Shown: one piece after another, positions 27,904-38,100 of the stretch | How the letters are laid out: each line of letters begins with the position of its first letter | Position numbering within the stretch: position 1 is the first letter of the stretch | IMG/VR virus record: IMGVR_UViG_2974673715_000001 | Coordinates: 96,001 to 160,000 of that record | DNA: 64,000 bases | Source: a virus | Lineage: Duplodnaviria > Caudoviricetes | Strand: one strand, 5' to 3' | Program-made: the position numbers and the translations under genes | The notes under the pieces: generated by a model | Told to the model about the DNA's origin: nothing | Seen by the model: only the letters and a program-made list of their open reading frames with translations | Databases searched by the model: none

Positions 27904-29356
27904 AAAGAATGAAGTCTATCTTAAGGTTGAAGCACAACCTCACATTAATTATGAGTTAGCAGATTTCTTTACCTTCGAGGTAGAGTCTGCAAAATTCATG
28001 CAGAAGACTAGAAGGTATAGAGGATGGGATGGTAAGATTAGATTGTTTTCTCCTGCAACAGGAGAGATATATTGTGGTCTTGTAGATTACTTAACAGACT
28101 GGGCGAAAGAAAAGGGATATGAATATCAAATAGAAGATGATGAATACTTTGGTCATCCTATCACAGAGAATGAACTTATCACTCCCAAGTCGGTTGTAGG
28201 GTTTGTAAAATCACTGCGTCTGCCCCCGACTCTACAGGTAAGGGATTATCAGTATAAGGCAATTTACGAAGCACTAAAATACAACAGACGACTGTTGCTG
28301 TCCCCCACAGCGTCAGGAAAATCTTTGATGATTTATGCATTGGTTAGATTTCATTTAAACGTTGGTCGTAATGTTTTAATTGTAGTCCCCACTACCTCTC
28401 TTGTCGAACAAATGTATAAGGACTTTGAAACATATGGTTGGATGGCAAAGAAAGATTGCCATAAGATATATGCAGGGCAAGACAAATATACAGATCATAA
28501 TGTGATAATCACCACTTGGCAGTCAGTATATAAAGAACCAAAAAAATGGTTTGATAGATTTGACTGCGTGATTGGTGATGAAGCACATCAGTTCAAAGCA
28601 AAATCTCTAAGTACATTGATGGGTAAGTTGCATGATTGTAAATACCGTATTGGTTTTACAGGAACACTAGATGGTGCCAATGTCAATCAACTTGTATTAG
28701 AAGGTTTGTTTGGTAGATGTTCTCAAGTTACTAGAACTAATCAATTGATGAAGGCAGGGCACATTGCTAAATTAAAAGTCAAGGTAGTTCTTTTAAAACA
28801 TGAAGAAAAACTATTTGAAGGATATCAAGATGAAATTGATTATCTAGTTGAACACGAAGGAAGGAATAAATTTATCCGTAATCTTGCGTGTGATCTCAAA
28901 GGAAATACCCTTGTGCTTTTCAATTATGTAGAACGACATGGTGAACCTCTTTACAAATTGATAAATAGTTACACAGACAGACCCGTGTTCTTTGTTCATG
29001 GGGGTGTAGATGTCGATGATCGCGAAGAAATTCGCATGCTAACAGAGGCATCAGACAATGCAATCATTATTGCATCGTATGGTACGTTCTCTACTGGCAT
29101 CAATATTAAAAACTTACATAATGTTATTTTCGCTTCTCCTTCTAAATCTCGGATTCGTAATTTACAGTCTATTGGACGAGTATTGCGGAAAGGAGACAAT
29201 AAATCAAAAGCCACTTTATATGATATTGCTGATGATATCTCAACAGACAGGGGCAATAACTACACGTTGAATCACCTGATGGAGAGAGTCAAGATTTATA
29301 ATGAAGAGAAATTTCAGTATGAGATCATAGATGTAAAAGTAAAAGCTTATGATTAA
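27884..29356 (+). CDS. uvsW: UvsW helicase
   Basis: SPTASGKS, GDEAH and QSIGRVLR motifs. Confidence 0.96.
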   Translation: MDLLIRKKNEVYLKVEAQPHINYELADFFTFEVESAKFMQKTRRYRGWDGKIRLFSPATGEIYCGLVDYLTDWAKEKGYEYQIEDDEYFGHPITENELITPKSVVGFVKSLRLPPTLQVRDYQYKAIYEALKYNRRLLLSPTASGKSLMIYALVRFHLNVGRNVLIVVPTTSLVEQMYKDFETYGWMAKKDCHKIYAGQDKYTDHNVIITTWQSVYKEPKKWFDRFDCVIGDEAHQFKAKSLSTLMGKLHDCKYRIGFTGTLDGANVNQLVLEGLFGRCSQVTRTNQLMKAGHIAKLKVKVVLLKHEEKLFEGYQDEIDYLVEHEGRNKFIRNLACDLKGNTLVLFNYVERHGEPLYKLINSYTDRPVFFVHGGVDVDDREEIRMLTEASDNAIIIASYGTFSTGINIKNLHNVIFASPSKSRIRNLQSIGRVLRKGDNKSKATLYDIADDISTDRGNNYTLNHLMERVKIYNEEKFQYEIIDVKVKAYD

Positions 29357-29774
29357 CTACGCAAAACACGACGAAGAATTTCACGGTATATTCAAACTGG
29401 TTAGTGGGGAGGAAATCCTTGCTAAGGCAGTTATGACAGAAGATCGTGGAGAGAGTTTAATTTTCATGTCTGATCCTGTTAGCGTATTGCCAATCACTAA
29501 GGACGTCGGCGAGCAAAAAATATTAAGAGGTATGGGTTTCAGTAAATGGATTCCAATGTCTGACGAAGAATTTTTTATTTTAAGAGAGAAGGATATCATG
29601 ACCATGGCAACAATGAGTAGACCTGTCAAACTCATGTACGATGCATACATCATCGGCGAAGATGCACATGGAAAGCAAATGAAAGAACGTCAAGTTCCGC
29701 CCTCGATTGCCGAAGGATATCTAGGAAACACAAAAGACATCCGTGCCTTGCTAGAAAAATTGTATAAGAAGTAA
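29349..29774 (+). CDS. Hypothetical protein (Sm-like KLVSGEEI family)
   Basis: FKLVSGEEILA motif; lies between uvsW and g55. Confidence 0.7.
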   Translation: MINYAKHDEEFHGIFKLVSGEEILAKAVMTEDRGESLIFMSDPVSVLPITKDVGEQKILRGMGFSKWIPMSDEEFFILREKDIMTMATMSRPVKLMYDAYIIGEDAHGKQMKERQVPPSIAEGYLGNTKDIRALLEKLYKK

Positions 29775-29804
29775 GTTATATTTCCTCTGAACCCTTACAG
29801 TGTT

Positions 29805-29846
29805 AGTATACTTGTCCTTGACAGGTTTGTCAAGTGTTGTTATAAT
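29805..29846. promoter_or_regulatory. Overlapping bidirectional sigma70-type promoters
   Basis: Plus strand TTGACA (29818)-17-TATAAT (29841); minus strand TTGACA (29833)-17-TATACT (29810). Confidence 0.75.
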
Positions 29847-29866
29847 TAAAACAAAGAAAAATTTGT

Positions 29867-30340
29867 ATGAAGAAATCTTCCCCCAAAAAGCGACAGCATT
29901 ATGTAGATAATCAAGAGTTTCTTGCTGCTATTATCAAGTATAAAGAGAAAGTAGACCATGCAAAAGAAAAGGGTCTACCAAAACCTCGTGTCAATAATTA
30001 CATTGGTGGTTGCTTTTTAAAGATTGCTACTCATCTATCATATAGACCAAACTTTATTAATTACATGTATAAAGATGATATGGTATGTGATGGTATCGAG
30101 AATTGTATACAGTATATTGATAACTTTGATCCTGCTAAGAGTAGAAACCCCTTTGCATATTTTACTCAAATCGTATACTATGCTTTCCTAAGAAGAATTG
30201 CTAAAGAGAAAAGACAAATGGATATTAAAGAAAAAATTATAGAAAAATCTGGATACGATCATGTATTCACAGTTGACGGAGACGCAAGTTCAGAGTATAA
30301 TCAAATTAAGTCCCGTGTCGAAATGAATTCTAAACGATGA
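29867..30340 (+). CDS. g55: Late sigma factor gp55
   Basis: HYVDNQEF, LSYRPNFINY and NPFAYFTQI motifs. Confidence 0.96.
   Translation: MKKSSPKKRQHYVDNQEFLAAIIKYKEKVDHAKEKGLPKPRVNNYIGGCFLKIATHLSYRPNFINYMYKDDMVCDGIENCIQYIDNFDPAKSRNPFAYFTQIVYYAFLRRIAKEKRQMDIKEKIIEKSGYDHVFTVDGDASSEYNQIKSRVEMNSKR
30273..30301 (+). promoter_or_regulatory. Sigma70-type promoter in the 3' end of g55
   Basis: TTGACG-17-TATAAT. Similar gene-internal promoters at 37080 (TTGACG-17-TATACT), 47904 (TTGACA-17-TATAAT), 48466 (TTGACA-17-TATACT) and 62633 (TTGACA-17-TATGAT). Confidence 0.7.
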
Positions 30341-31371
30341 AGATTCTCTTAATAACAGATCAACACTTTGGAGTTCGTAATGACAACCAACATTTTATCA
30401 ATCATTACAAAAAGTTTTACAATAATATTGTAATTCCTTTTATAAAAGCATCTGGCATTAAACAGGTCATTGCTCTTGGTGATACCTTTGATCGTCGTAG
30501 ATTCATTAACTTTATGTCTCTAAACGAATCAAAAGAAATGTGGTTTGATCCATTGAGAGATATGGGTATCCCAATGACCATGCTTGTTGGCAACCATGAC
30601 ATATACTACAAAAATACTCTTCGAGTTAATGCCCCAAATGAATTACTCAGAGGGTACGACAACATCACAATCATTGATGACCACGATACTGTCACTTTTG
30701 ATGGTCTACCTATTCTTCTCCTTTCTTGGATTTGTGATGACAATCGCGAACGATTTCTCAAAGTTATCCAAGAATCTGATGCCCCTGTCTGTATGGGTCA
30801 TTTGGAGCTTAACGGTTTTGAGGCTCATCCAGGTCATGTGATGGAAGGTGGGATGGATCCCAATGTCTTTAGTAAATTTAAAAGAGTATTCTCTGGACAC
30901 TATCATCAGAAATCTACTAAAGGTAATATCAGATACTTAGGTAATCCTTATCAACTTTATTGGAATGACTACGCAGCGAAAAGAGGTTTTCACGTCTTTG
31001 ATACAGACACTCTTAAAACTACTTTTTATAGGAATCCCTTTGATGTTTTTTATAAACTGTATTATAATTCTGGAGTGTCTCTCCCAGACGAATCAGAAAT
31101 CAGAGGATCATTCGTCAAACTAATTGTAGAAGATAAAGGAGACTATCAGAAGTTCGACTACAATGTAAAACGCATACAGGATATGGGTTGTGCAGATCTT
31201 AAGATTGTTGAAGATCTTAGTGTGGAACTGGAGAATGGAAGTGAAGTGCTAGAAACCGAAGACACAATGACGTTGTTAGACAAATATATAGATGAGATAG
31301 ATTTAAGAGTCAGTAAACCTAATGTTAAGTCTGTCATGCGATCACTATATGTAGAGGCATCAGAACTATAA
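30337..31371 (+). CDS. g47: Recombination endonuclease subunit gp47 (Mre11-like)
   Basis: TDQHFG, GDTFD, GNHD and SGHYH motifs. Confidence 0.95.
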   Translation: MKILLITDQHFGVRNDNQHFINHYKKFYNNIVIPFIKASGIKQVIALGDTFDRRRFINFMSLNESKEMWFDPLRDMGIPMTMLVGNHDIYYKNTLRVNAPNELLRGYDNITIIDDHDTVTFDGLPILLLSWICDDNRERFLKVIQESDAPVCMGHLELNGFEAHPGHVMEGGMDPNVFSKFKRVFSGHYHQKSTKGNIRYLGNPYQLYWNDYAAKRGFHVFDTDTLKTTFYRNPFDVFYKLYYNSGVSLPDESEIRGSFVKLIVEDKGDYQKFDYNVKRIQDMGCADLKIVEDLSVELENGSEVLETEDTMTLLDKYIDEIDLRVSKPNVKSVMRSLYVEASEL

Positions 31372-31643
31372 TGTTTGTTCTTACTGATAAAAAAACTGGT
31401 GGTGTTTATGCTAACTCTAAGTCAGGCGACGAACAGGGTAAGAAGAACGTGCTTGTTTTTGCAGAGAAAGACGATGCAGAAAGATATATCGTACTTCTAG
31501 AGGCAGATGATTTTAATCAGGAACTTGACATTCTGGAAGTAGATGCAGAAATTGTTGCCATGAATTGTGGTAATTATGGGTATTCTTATGCTATAATAGA
31601 ACCTACTGACTTACTCATACCAAAAATCAAATTTGATAAATGA
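31371..31643 (+). CDS. Hypothetical protein
   Basis: FAEKDDAERY...LEA motif; lies between g47 and g46. Confidence 0.7.
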   Translation: MFVLTDKKTGGVYANSKSGDEQGKKNVLVFAEKDDAERYIVLLEADDFNQELDILEVDAEIVAMNCGNYGYSYAIIEPTDLLIPKIKFDK

Positions 31644-33361
31644 TTGTTTTTGAAAATATTAAGTGGAAGAATTTTCTTTCCACTGGTGATCAATGGACAG
31701 AAATTAGTTTGAATGAATCTCCATCAACTCTTATTGTTGGTGCAAACGGTGCAGGTAAATCTACTCTCTTAGATGCATTGTGTTTTGTTTTATTCAATAA
31801 ACCTTTTAGAAAAATTAGTAGAGGACAGTTAGTAAATAGTATCAATGAAAAAGGTCTTAAGGTTGAAGTATTATTCTCTATTGGTGTTGATGAGTATCGC
31901 GTCTTTCGTGGAGCGAAACCTAATATATTCGAGGTCTACAAAAACAATAAAATGGTTGACCAAGATGCTGCTGCCAAAGACACGCAGAAGTATCTCGAAC
32001 AATCCGTTCTCAAACTCAACTTTAAATCCTTTACACAGGTCGTCATCTTGGGTTCATCCACATTTGTCCCCTTCATGCAACTCAACGCACCTGTCAGGAG
32101 AGAAGTTATTGAAGATTTACTTGACATCAACATCTTCTCCCAAATGAATACGATCCTAAAAGATCGTGTTAGAAATGCAATGTCGCAACAACGTGATTGT
32201 GATCATCTTCTTCATATCGCAGAGGAACGTGTAAACAATCAAGAAAGAATTATTAGCACTCTTGCTGATGTGAGTGCAACTCGTCAGAAAGATAAGAAAA
32301 GTAAAATTAAAAACAATAATGAAAAAATTAAATCAGAAGAAAAGCAACGTGATCTACTGAAAGAAGAAGTAGAAACTCTTACTATAGGTTTGAAGAATGT
32401 TGATAATCATAAAGCAGTATTAGATGACCTTCGTCAAGAACAATCTGATATCAATTCAGAGTTAAAATCTGCTGCCAAACAACTTAAGTTTTTTAAATCA
32501 CATGATGAATGTCCTACCTGTTCTCAGCAGATTGAAAAGGAATTCAAGACAGCAGTGATTGGTAATTTAGAAACTAAAGGTAAGAATCTTACAAAAGATT
32601 TTAAAGGTTTGACTAATAAAATTGCTGATGCTGTTAGTGTTGTAGAGAAAATGGAGATTCTTTCTAGAAATATCATGGAAACTCGTAGTAAAGTATCCTC
32701 TGCAGAAAGAGAGATCGTACGTTTAGAGACAGAGAACCTTAAAATAAATGAAGAGATATTAGAACTACAAACAAACACTCCTAAAATTAGAGAAGAAAAA
32801 CTATCTTTAGTTAAGTTTCAAAAAGAATTAGAAGAAACACAAAAAGATTGTGGAAAGATTCATCAGACTCTTGATGAATTTAAAGTCATAGGTAATTTGT
32901 TAAAGGACTCTGGTATTAAGAGTCAAATTATTAAGAAGTATGTTCCTATTTTTAATAATTTAATCAATAAATATCTGCACAGCATGGACTTCTTTGTTAA
33001 CTTCACACTCGATGAAGAGTTTAAAGAAGTAATTAAAAGTAGATTTAGAGATGAATTTTCATATTCATCTTTTTCTGAAGGTGAAAAAGCAAAAATTGAT
33101 TTAGCATTGCTATTTACATGGAGAGAAGTTGCTCGTATGAAAAATAGTGTTGCTACTAATTTACTCATACTTGATGAAGTATTCGATAGTTCTTTGGACG
33201 CAGAAGGAACAAATGAACTCTTGAAGATTCTTCATGCTTTGGGTATTTCAAGTAACATATTTGTTATCTCACACAAGGGTGATGTCTTATTAGACAAATT
33301 CCTAAGGACACTTAGATTTGAAAAGATTAATGATTTCTCGCGTATGTCAGACGACTCGTAA
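31640..33361 (+). CDS. g46: Recombination endonuclease subunit gp46 (Rad50-like)
   Basis: GANGAGKST, CPTC hook, FSEGEK and LDEVFD motifs. Confidence 0.96.
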   Translation: MIVFENIKWKNFLSTGDQWTEISLNESPSTLIVGANGAGKSTLLDALCFVLFNKPFRKISRGQLVNSINEKGLKVEVLFSIGVDEYRVFRGAKPNIFEVYKNNKMVDQDAAAKDTQKYLEQSVLKLNFKSFTQVVILGSSTFVPFMQLNAPVRREVIEDLLDINIFSQMNTILKDRVRNAMSQQRDCDHLLHIAEERVNNQERIISTLADVSATRQKDKKSKIKNNNEKIKSEEKQRDLLKEEVETLTIGLKNVDNHKAVLDDLRQEQSDINSELKSAAKQLKFFKSHDECPTCSQQIEKEFKTAVIGNLETKGKNLTKDFKGLTNKIADAVSVVEKMEILSRNIMETRSKVSSAEREIVRLETENLKINEEILELQTNTPKIREEKLSLVKFQKELEETQKDCGKIHQTLDEFKVIGNLLKDSGIKSQIIKKYVPIFNNLINKYLHSMDFFVNFTLDEEFKEVIKSRFRDEFSYSSFSEGEKAKIDLALLFTWREVARMKNSVATNLLILDEVFDSSLDAEGTNELLKILHALGISSNIFVISHKGDVLLDKFLRTLRFEKINDFSRMSDDS

Positions 33362-33569
33362 ATTTTGGAGAGTATGGGCAAAAGCACTTGGAGACAAGTC
33401 TGGAAACTCAGATAAAGAAGCGGATTGGATTGCTTTAATCCGAACATTTATTTTCATTCAGTTAGTAGTTACTAACTGTTTTATCGTAGCAGGTAACATA
33501 AGGCACTGGAACGATCATCACGTTCCGCCATCATATCAGCGTGTGCCAATTAAAAAAGTGGCACAATAG
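33330..33569 (+). CDS. Small membrane hypothetical protein
   Basis: WRVWAKALG...ADWIALIRTFIF...NIRHW. The start codon is uncertain. Confidence 0.6.
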   Translation: MISRVCQTTRKFWRVWAKALGDKSGNSDKEADWIALIRTFIFIQLVVTNCFIVAGNIRHWNDHHVPPSYQRVPIKKVAQ

Positions 33570-33599
33570 CTAGCACATTCTTGATTGGTCTGCTATAAT
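33543..33599 (+). promoter_or_regulatory. Early promoter with upstream GTGCCA..TGGCAC inverted repeat
   Basis: GTGCCAATTAAAAAAGTGGCAC, then TAGCAC-17-TATAAT with a TG extension. Related copies at 35988-36032 and 56246-56299. Confidence 0.7.
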
Positions 33600-33622
33600 A
33601 GGTATATACGAAACACAGACAC

Positions 33623-35845
33623 ATGATCAATCAAGAAGTAAAAGGAACACTTGCTAAACTACTAGCAACAGAAAACCTCACAGTTGAGCACCGTCAGGTT
33701 ACAACTGCATACTTCGATGTTGAGAATCGTGTTCTTTGCCTCCCTATCTGGAAGTCTGCCTCAAACACTGTTTACGATCTACTTGTAGGTCACGAGGTAG
33801 GACATGCACTTTATACTCCTGCAGATGATTGGGATAAAAGTGTTCCTAAAGCATTCATCAATGTTCTCGAAGATGCTCGTATTGAAAAACTAATGAAGCG
33901 TACCTATCCTGGTCTTCGTAAGTCTTTCTTTGACGGATACAAAGAACTATGGAATCAAGATTTCTTCGGTGTCAAACATGAGGATCATGAGAATCTATCA
34001 CTGATTGATCGCATCAATCTTTACTTCAAAGGTAATCTAAATATTCCTTTCTCAGATGAAGAGAAAGCATGGGTAAACAGAACTGGAAAAACTGAAACAT
34101 TTCAAGAGGTAGTAGACCTTGCCAGAGATCTATACGGTTGGGCAAAAGAAAAGCAAGCAGAGAACGAGCAAGAAGATATGGAAAGTGATATTGAGATTGG
34201 TAATGGCGATGGTAATATGAGTGGTGGAGATTCTGCTACAGAAATGGAAGTCAAAGAGAAAGATTATTCTGAAGAAGAAACATCTGCACCTGAGATTGAT
34301 CCTAATCAACCATGGGATAGTTCAGAGAATCCTCTTGAGGATCTATCAGAAGGTCTCAATAATTACTCAGAACCTATCGGTGGCGATGGATCTGATCTAT
34401 TCAATGACTTTGATCAAGTAGACGAAACTGAGAGTATTACAGATAAAGCATTACAAGAATCACTAGAAGACTTAGTTGATGATGATGCTAAGGAGTGGGT
34501 TTACCTTGGTCTTCCTAAAGTAGAAATTGACAAACTTCTAGTTTCTCACTCTACAATTCAAAGTGATCTTGAAGAATTCTTCTCTTTTTACAAAAATGGT
34601 GACGAAGATGCAGAAAACTATAAGAGAGAGTGTCTTCAGTATGCAGATGATCATTACAACAAATTCAAGAAAGATGCACAGAAATCTGTAAACTATCTTG
34701 TCAAACAGTTTGAGATGAAAAAGTCTGCTGATGAATACAAACGTGCAGCAGTATCAAAGACAGGTGTTATCAACACTAATACTCTTTACAAATACAAACT
34801 AACTGATGACATCTTCAAGAAAGTTACAACTGTTCCTGAGGGTAAGAATCATGGTCTTATTCTACATCTTGATTGGTCTGGTTCTATGCAGTATCAACTC
34901 TTGGATACTGTAAAGCAAGTTTTCAACTTGGTATGGTTCTGTCGTAAAGCAGGTATTCCTTTCCGTGTCTACGCATTCCAGAGTTCATACTATGGTTATG
35001 ATCATAGTAATTGCAAACAATGGAATCCTGGTGTTGAACCTAAGGAAGGTGATCTTGGTATTGCAGATGATTTCAGACTTCTTGAATTACTATCTTCTAA
35101 GCAAAATGCTAAGTCACTTGAGAATTCACTCAGACAAATTTACAGACAAGTATTTGCTATCGGTGGATACCGTATGTCTGCTATGCCCAAATACACTCTT
35201 GGTGGAACTCCACTTGCTGAAGCAGTTTTCTGCACTCGTCAGTTGGTAAAAGATCTCAAGAAGGTAGAAAATGTTCAGAAAGTAAATGTTGTATGCTTAA
35301 CTGATGGCGAAGCAAATCCAATGTCATACTGGACAAAAAGTCCTTACAGCACTTACATGCAGGAGATGCGTGAGGAAAAATTCAGACTTGCTCAAATGTG
35401 TCACTCAAGAAATAGAGTATTCATTCTTCGTGATTCTGACACTGGTTATCAACGCAAACTTAATGGTAGTCCATATGAAACTACAAAAGAGATCGTAAGT
35501 TACATGAGAGAAGTTACTGATTACAACTGGATTGGTATCAGACTCTGCAGTAAAGGCGAGGTATCAAGATTGATTCGTATGCTTGGTATGGACATACAAC
35601 GTCAAGACGAACTTGACAAGCAATGGAAGAAAGAAAGATTTGCTTCTATCAAAGATGAAGTTGGATTCTCTCAATCTTTCTATATGCCTGACAGGGGCAA
35701 TGGCGAAGGAACTCAAGACCTTACTGTAAAACAGAAAGGCGAAGTTGCTACCAAAGCAGAACTACAACGTGCATTCAAAAAGCACATGGGTTCTAAGACC
35801 ACAAACAAAACTCTCCTCAACGCATTCATTGAACAAATCGCATGA
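33623..35845 (+). CDS. HExxH metallopeptidase-like plus vWA (CobT-like) protein
   Basis: GHEVGH, NVLEDARIEK, an acidic linker, MIDAS LDWSGSM, GGTPL and LTDGE. Confidence 0.85.
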   Translation: MINQEVKGTLAKLLATENLTVEHRQVTTAYFDVENRVLCLPIWKSASNTVYDLLVGHEVGHALYTPADDWDKSVPKAFINVLEDARIEKLMKRTYPGLRKSFFDGYKELWNQDFFGVKHEDHENLSLIDRINLYFKGNLNIPFSDEEKAWVNRTGKTETFQEVVDLARDLYGWAKEKQAENEQEDMESDIEIGNGDGNMSGGDSATEMEVKEKDYSEEETSAPEIDPNQPWDSSENPLEDLSEGLNNYSEPIGGDGSDLFNDFDQVDETESITDKALQESLEDLVDDDAKEWVYLGLPKVEIDKLLVSHSTIQSDLEEFFSFYKNGDEDAENYKRECLQYADDHYNKFKKDAQKSVNYLVKQFEMKKSADEYKRAAVSKTGVINTNTLYKYKLTDDIFKKVTTVPEGKNHGLILHLDWSGSMQYQLLDTVKQVFNLVWFCRKAGIPFRVYAFQSSYYGYDHSNCKQWNPGVEPKEGDLGIADDFRLLELLSSKQNAKSLENSLRQIYRQVFAIGGYRMSAMPKYTLGGTPLAEAVFCTRQLVKDLKKVENVQKVNVVCLTDGEANPMSYWTKSPYSTYMQEMREEKFRLAQMCHSRNRVFILRDSDTGYQRKLNGSPYETTKEIVSYMREVTDYNWIGIRLCSKGEVSRLIRMLGMDIQRQDELDKQWKKERFASIKDEVGFSQSFYMPDRGNGEGTQDLTVKQKGEVATKAELQRAFKKHMGSKTTNKTLLNAFIEQIA

Positions 35846-35985
35846 AGTGTAAAGTAACTCTATTTAAAGCGGGAACAATCTTTGAAGAAACTGTTATCGC
35901 TGTGGATTATGATGATGCAAAAAAAGTTGCATTAGCAAGAAATCCTAATTCTACCGTAATGAGTGTGACAGCAGTGTTCGGATAA
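35842..35985 (+). CDS. Small hypothetical protein (47 aa)
   Basis: ATGA-coupled; MKCKVTLFKAG...ALARNPNS. Confidence 0.7.
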   Translation: MKCKVTLFKAGTIFEETVIAVDYDDAKKVALARNPNSTVMSVTAVFG

Positions 35986-36055
35986 ATAACTGTCCACTTG
36001 CTGTAGCACTAAGCAGATATACCTGCTATAATAAATGTATAAACAAACAAAGACT

Positions 36056-37138
36056 ATGACTTTTGAACCAAACCCTGTGACAACTGAACAACTTGTTCAA
36101 CACCTAACTGATAATGTTGGAACTGAAGTCGGATGCAAAGACATTCGTGAGTCAGCAAAGATACTTAAACTATCTTACACAACTGCATGTAAAAGACTTA
36201 AGTCTTATAAATCAGGTATAGGCAAGTGGAATCTAACCATTCAAGAAATTGAACGTGCGTACGAAGCACCTGCTGCTAAGAAAAAAGCAAACTATGTTCC
36301 TGATAAAGATAAGACTTATGTTCCTTTTGGTAACTTCACTTCTGTAAAGAAAGTTATCTCATCGAAGAAGTTCTATCCTCTATTCATTACAGGTCTATCT
36401 GGAAACGGTAAGACTCTATCAGTTGAACAGGCATGTGCTGCAACTAATAGGGAGTTAATCCGTGTCAACATCACAATCGAAACTGACGAGGACGATCTTA
36501 TTGGTGGGTTTCGTCTTGTTAATGGCGACACTGTTTGGCACAACGGACCTGTGGTTGAGGCTTTGGAAAGGGGAGCTGTATTACTTCTAGATGAGATCGA
36601 CCTAGCATCTAACAAAATTCTTTGTTTGCAATCTGTCCTTGAAGGTAAAGGTGTATTCCTTAAGAAGATTGGTAGGTATGTAAAACCTGCTCAAGGATTT
36701 ACTGTTATCGCTACTGCTAACACTAAAGGTAAAGGATCTGATGATGGTAGATTCGTAGGAACAAATATTCTCAACGAAGCATTCCTTGAGAGATTCCCAA
36801 TCACATTTGAGCAAGAGTATCCTTCTGCTACTATCGAGACTAAGATCTTGATCAATCAGGGATGTGACAAAGACTTTGCAGAGAACCTAATCAAGTGGGC
36901 AGGTGTAATCCGTAAGACATTCTTTGATGGTGGTGTTGATGAAGTTATCACAACTCGTCGTTTGGTTCACATTGTTTCAGCATATCAGATCTTTGGAGAT
37001 AAGTTGACAGCAATCACAAATTGTGTAAACCGTTTTGACGATGATACAAAATCATCTTTCCTAGATCTTTATACAAAAGTTGACGCAGGAGAAGATTCAG
37101 AGTATACTGATAATAACGAAGTTCAATCATTCAGTTAA
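36056..37138 (+). CDS. cobS: CobS-like MoxR AAA+ ATPase
   Basis: GLSGNGKT, LLDEID, ATANTKGKG and NEAFLERF motifs. Confidence 0.9.
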   Translation: MTFEPNPVTTEQLVQHLTDNVGTEVGCKDIRESAKILKLSYTTACKRLKSYKSGIGKWNLTIQEIERAYEAPAAKKKANYVPDKDKTYVPFGNFTSVKKVISSKKFYPLFITGLSGNGKTLSVEQACAATNRELIRVNITIETDEDDLIGGFRLVNGDTVWHNGPVVEALERGAVLLLDEIDLASNKILCLQSVLEGKGVFLKKIGRYVKPAQGFTVIATANTKGKGSDDGRFVGTNILNEAFLERFPITFEQEYPSATIETKILINQGCDKDFAENLIKWAGVIRKTFFDGGVDEVITTRRLVHIVSAYQIFGDKLTAITNCVNRFDDDTKSSFLDLYTKVDAGEDSEYTDNNEVQSFS

Positions 37139-37140
37139 TT

Positions 37141-37434
37141 ATGAAGTATCGTGAAGAGGAGTTCCTAGAGGAACTCCGACATTACATCGAGAGCACTTAC
37201 TCTCAACACTATGCTAGTGATAAGATTCAGACTCTTGATGTAATCGATGCATGTGGCGATGCTACAGCATTTTGTAGAAGTAACATTTTAAAGTACGCTT
37301 CTCGCTTCGATAGAAAAGGTAGTGCTAGACAAGATCTCTTAAAGGTGCTACACTATGGAGTGTTACTCATGCACTTTTATACAAGAGATCAAGCAAACTA
37401 CGCAGCAGCAACTTTTGCAGCACAAGAAGACTAA
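37141..37434 (+). CDS. DUF3310-like hypothetical protein
   Basis: TYSQHY, FCRSNILKYASR and DLLKVLHY motifs. Confidence 0.75.
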   Translation: MKYREEEFLEELRHYIESTYSQHYASDKIQTLDVIDACGDATAFCRSNILKYASRFDRKGSARQDLLKVLHYGVLLMHFYTRDQANYAAATFAAQED

Positions 37435-37440
37435 TTCATT

Positions 37441-38100
37441 ATGACAGTAATTTCCAAACCCACCATTGAAGTCCTTAAAAACTTTTGTTCAATCAACAAG
37501 TCTATTGTTATTAAACCTGGCAATAAGATTTCTACGCTCAGTATTAATAAGAATATTCTCGCTATTGCCGAAGTCGAAGAACAATTTGATTCGCAAATTT
37601 CTATCTATGATTTGGGAGTTTTCCTTGGAGGGTTATCTTTGTTTGACTCACCAAAAATCGATACTACTGAAACCAACTACGTCACAGTAAGTGACCTACA
37701 AGGTAAATCAAAGACACGTTATTTCTATGCTGATCCTGATATCATTACTCAGGCACCAGAAAAAGAAATCAACTTGCCATCAGAGGATGTTGAATTCAAA
37801 CTTGAATCTAAAATTCTGATGCAATTACAACGTGCTGCTATGGTATATCAACTCCCTGATCTTTGTTTGTATGGGGATGGAGAAACTATGCAGTTATGTG
37901 TGACAGATAAAAAGAATGATACTTCCAATAATTATTCAGTAGAAGTTGGAACTACTACAGATGAGTTTTGTTTTTGTTTCAAAGTTGAAAACTTAAAACT
38001 TTTATCTGGGGATTATGATGTAGTATTGAGTAAGACAAATGTTGCTTTGTTCAAAGGTGACGGAATCAAATACTACATTGCTCTAGAACCCAACACATGA
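37441..38100 (+). CDS. g45: Sliding clamp gp45
   Basis: LKNFCSINKS, IYDLGVFL and YYIALE motifs. Confidence 0.94.
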   Translation: MTVISKPTIEVLKNFCSINKSIVIKPGNKISTLSINKNILAIAEVEEQFDSQISIYDLGVFLGGLSLFDSPKIDTTETNYVTVSDLQGKSKTRYFYADPDIITQAPEKEINLPSEDVEFKLESKILMQLQRAAMVYQLPDLCLYGDGETMQLCVTDKKNDTSNNYSVEVGTTTDEFCFCFKVENLKLLSGDYDVVLSKTNVALFKGDGIKYYIALEPNT

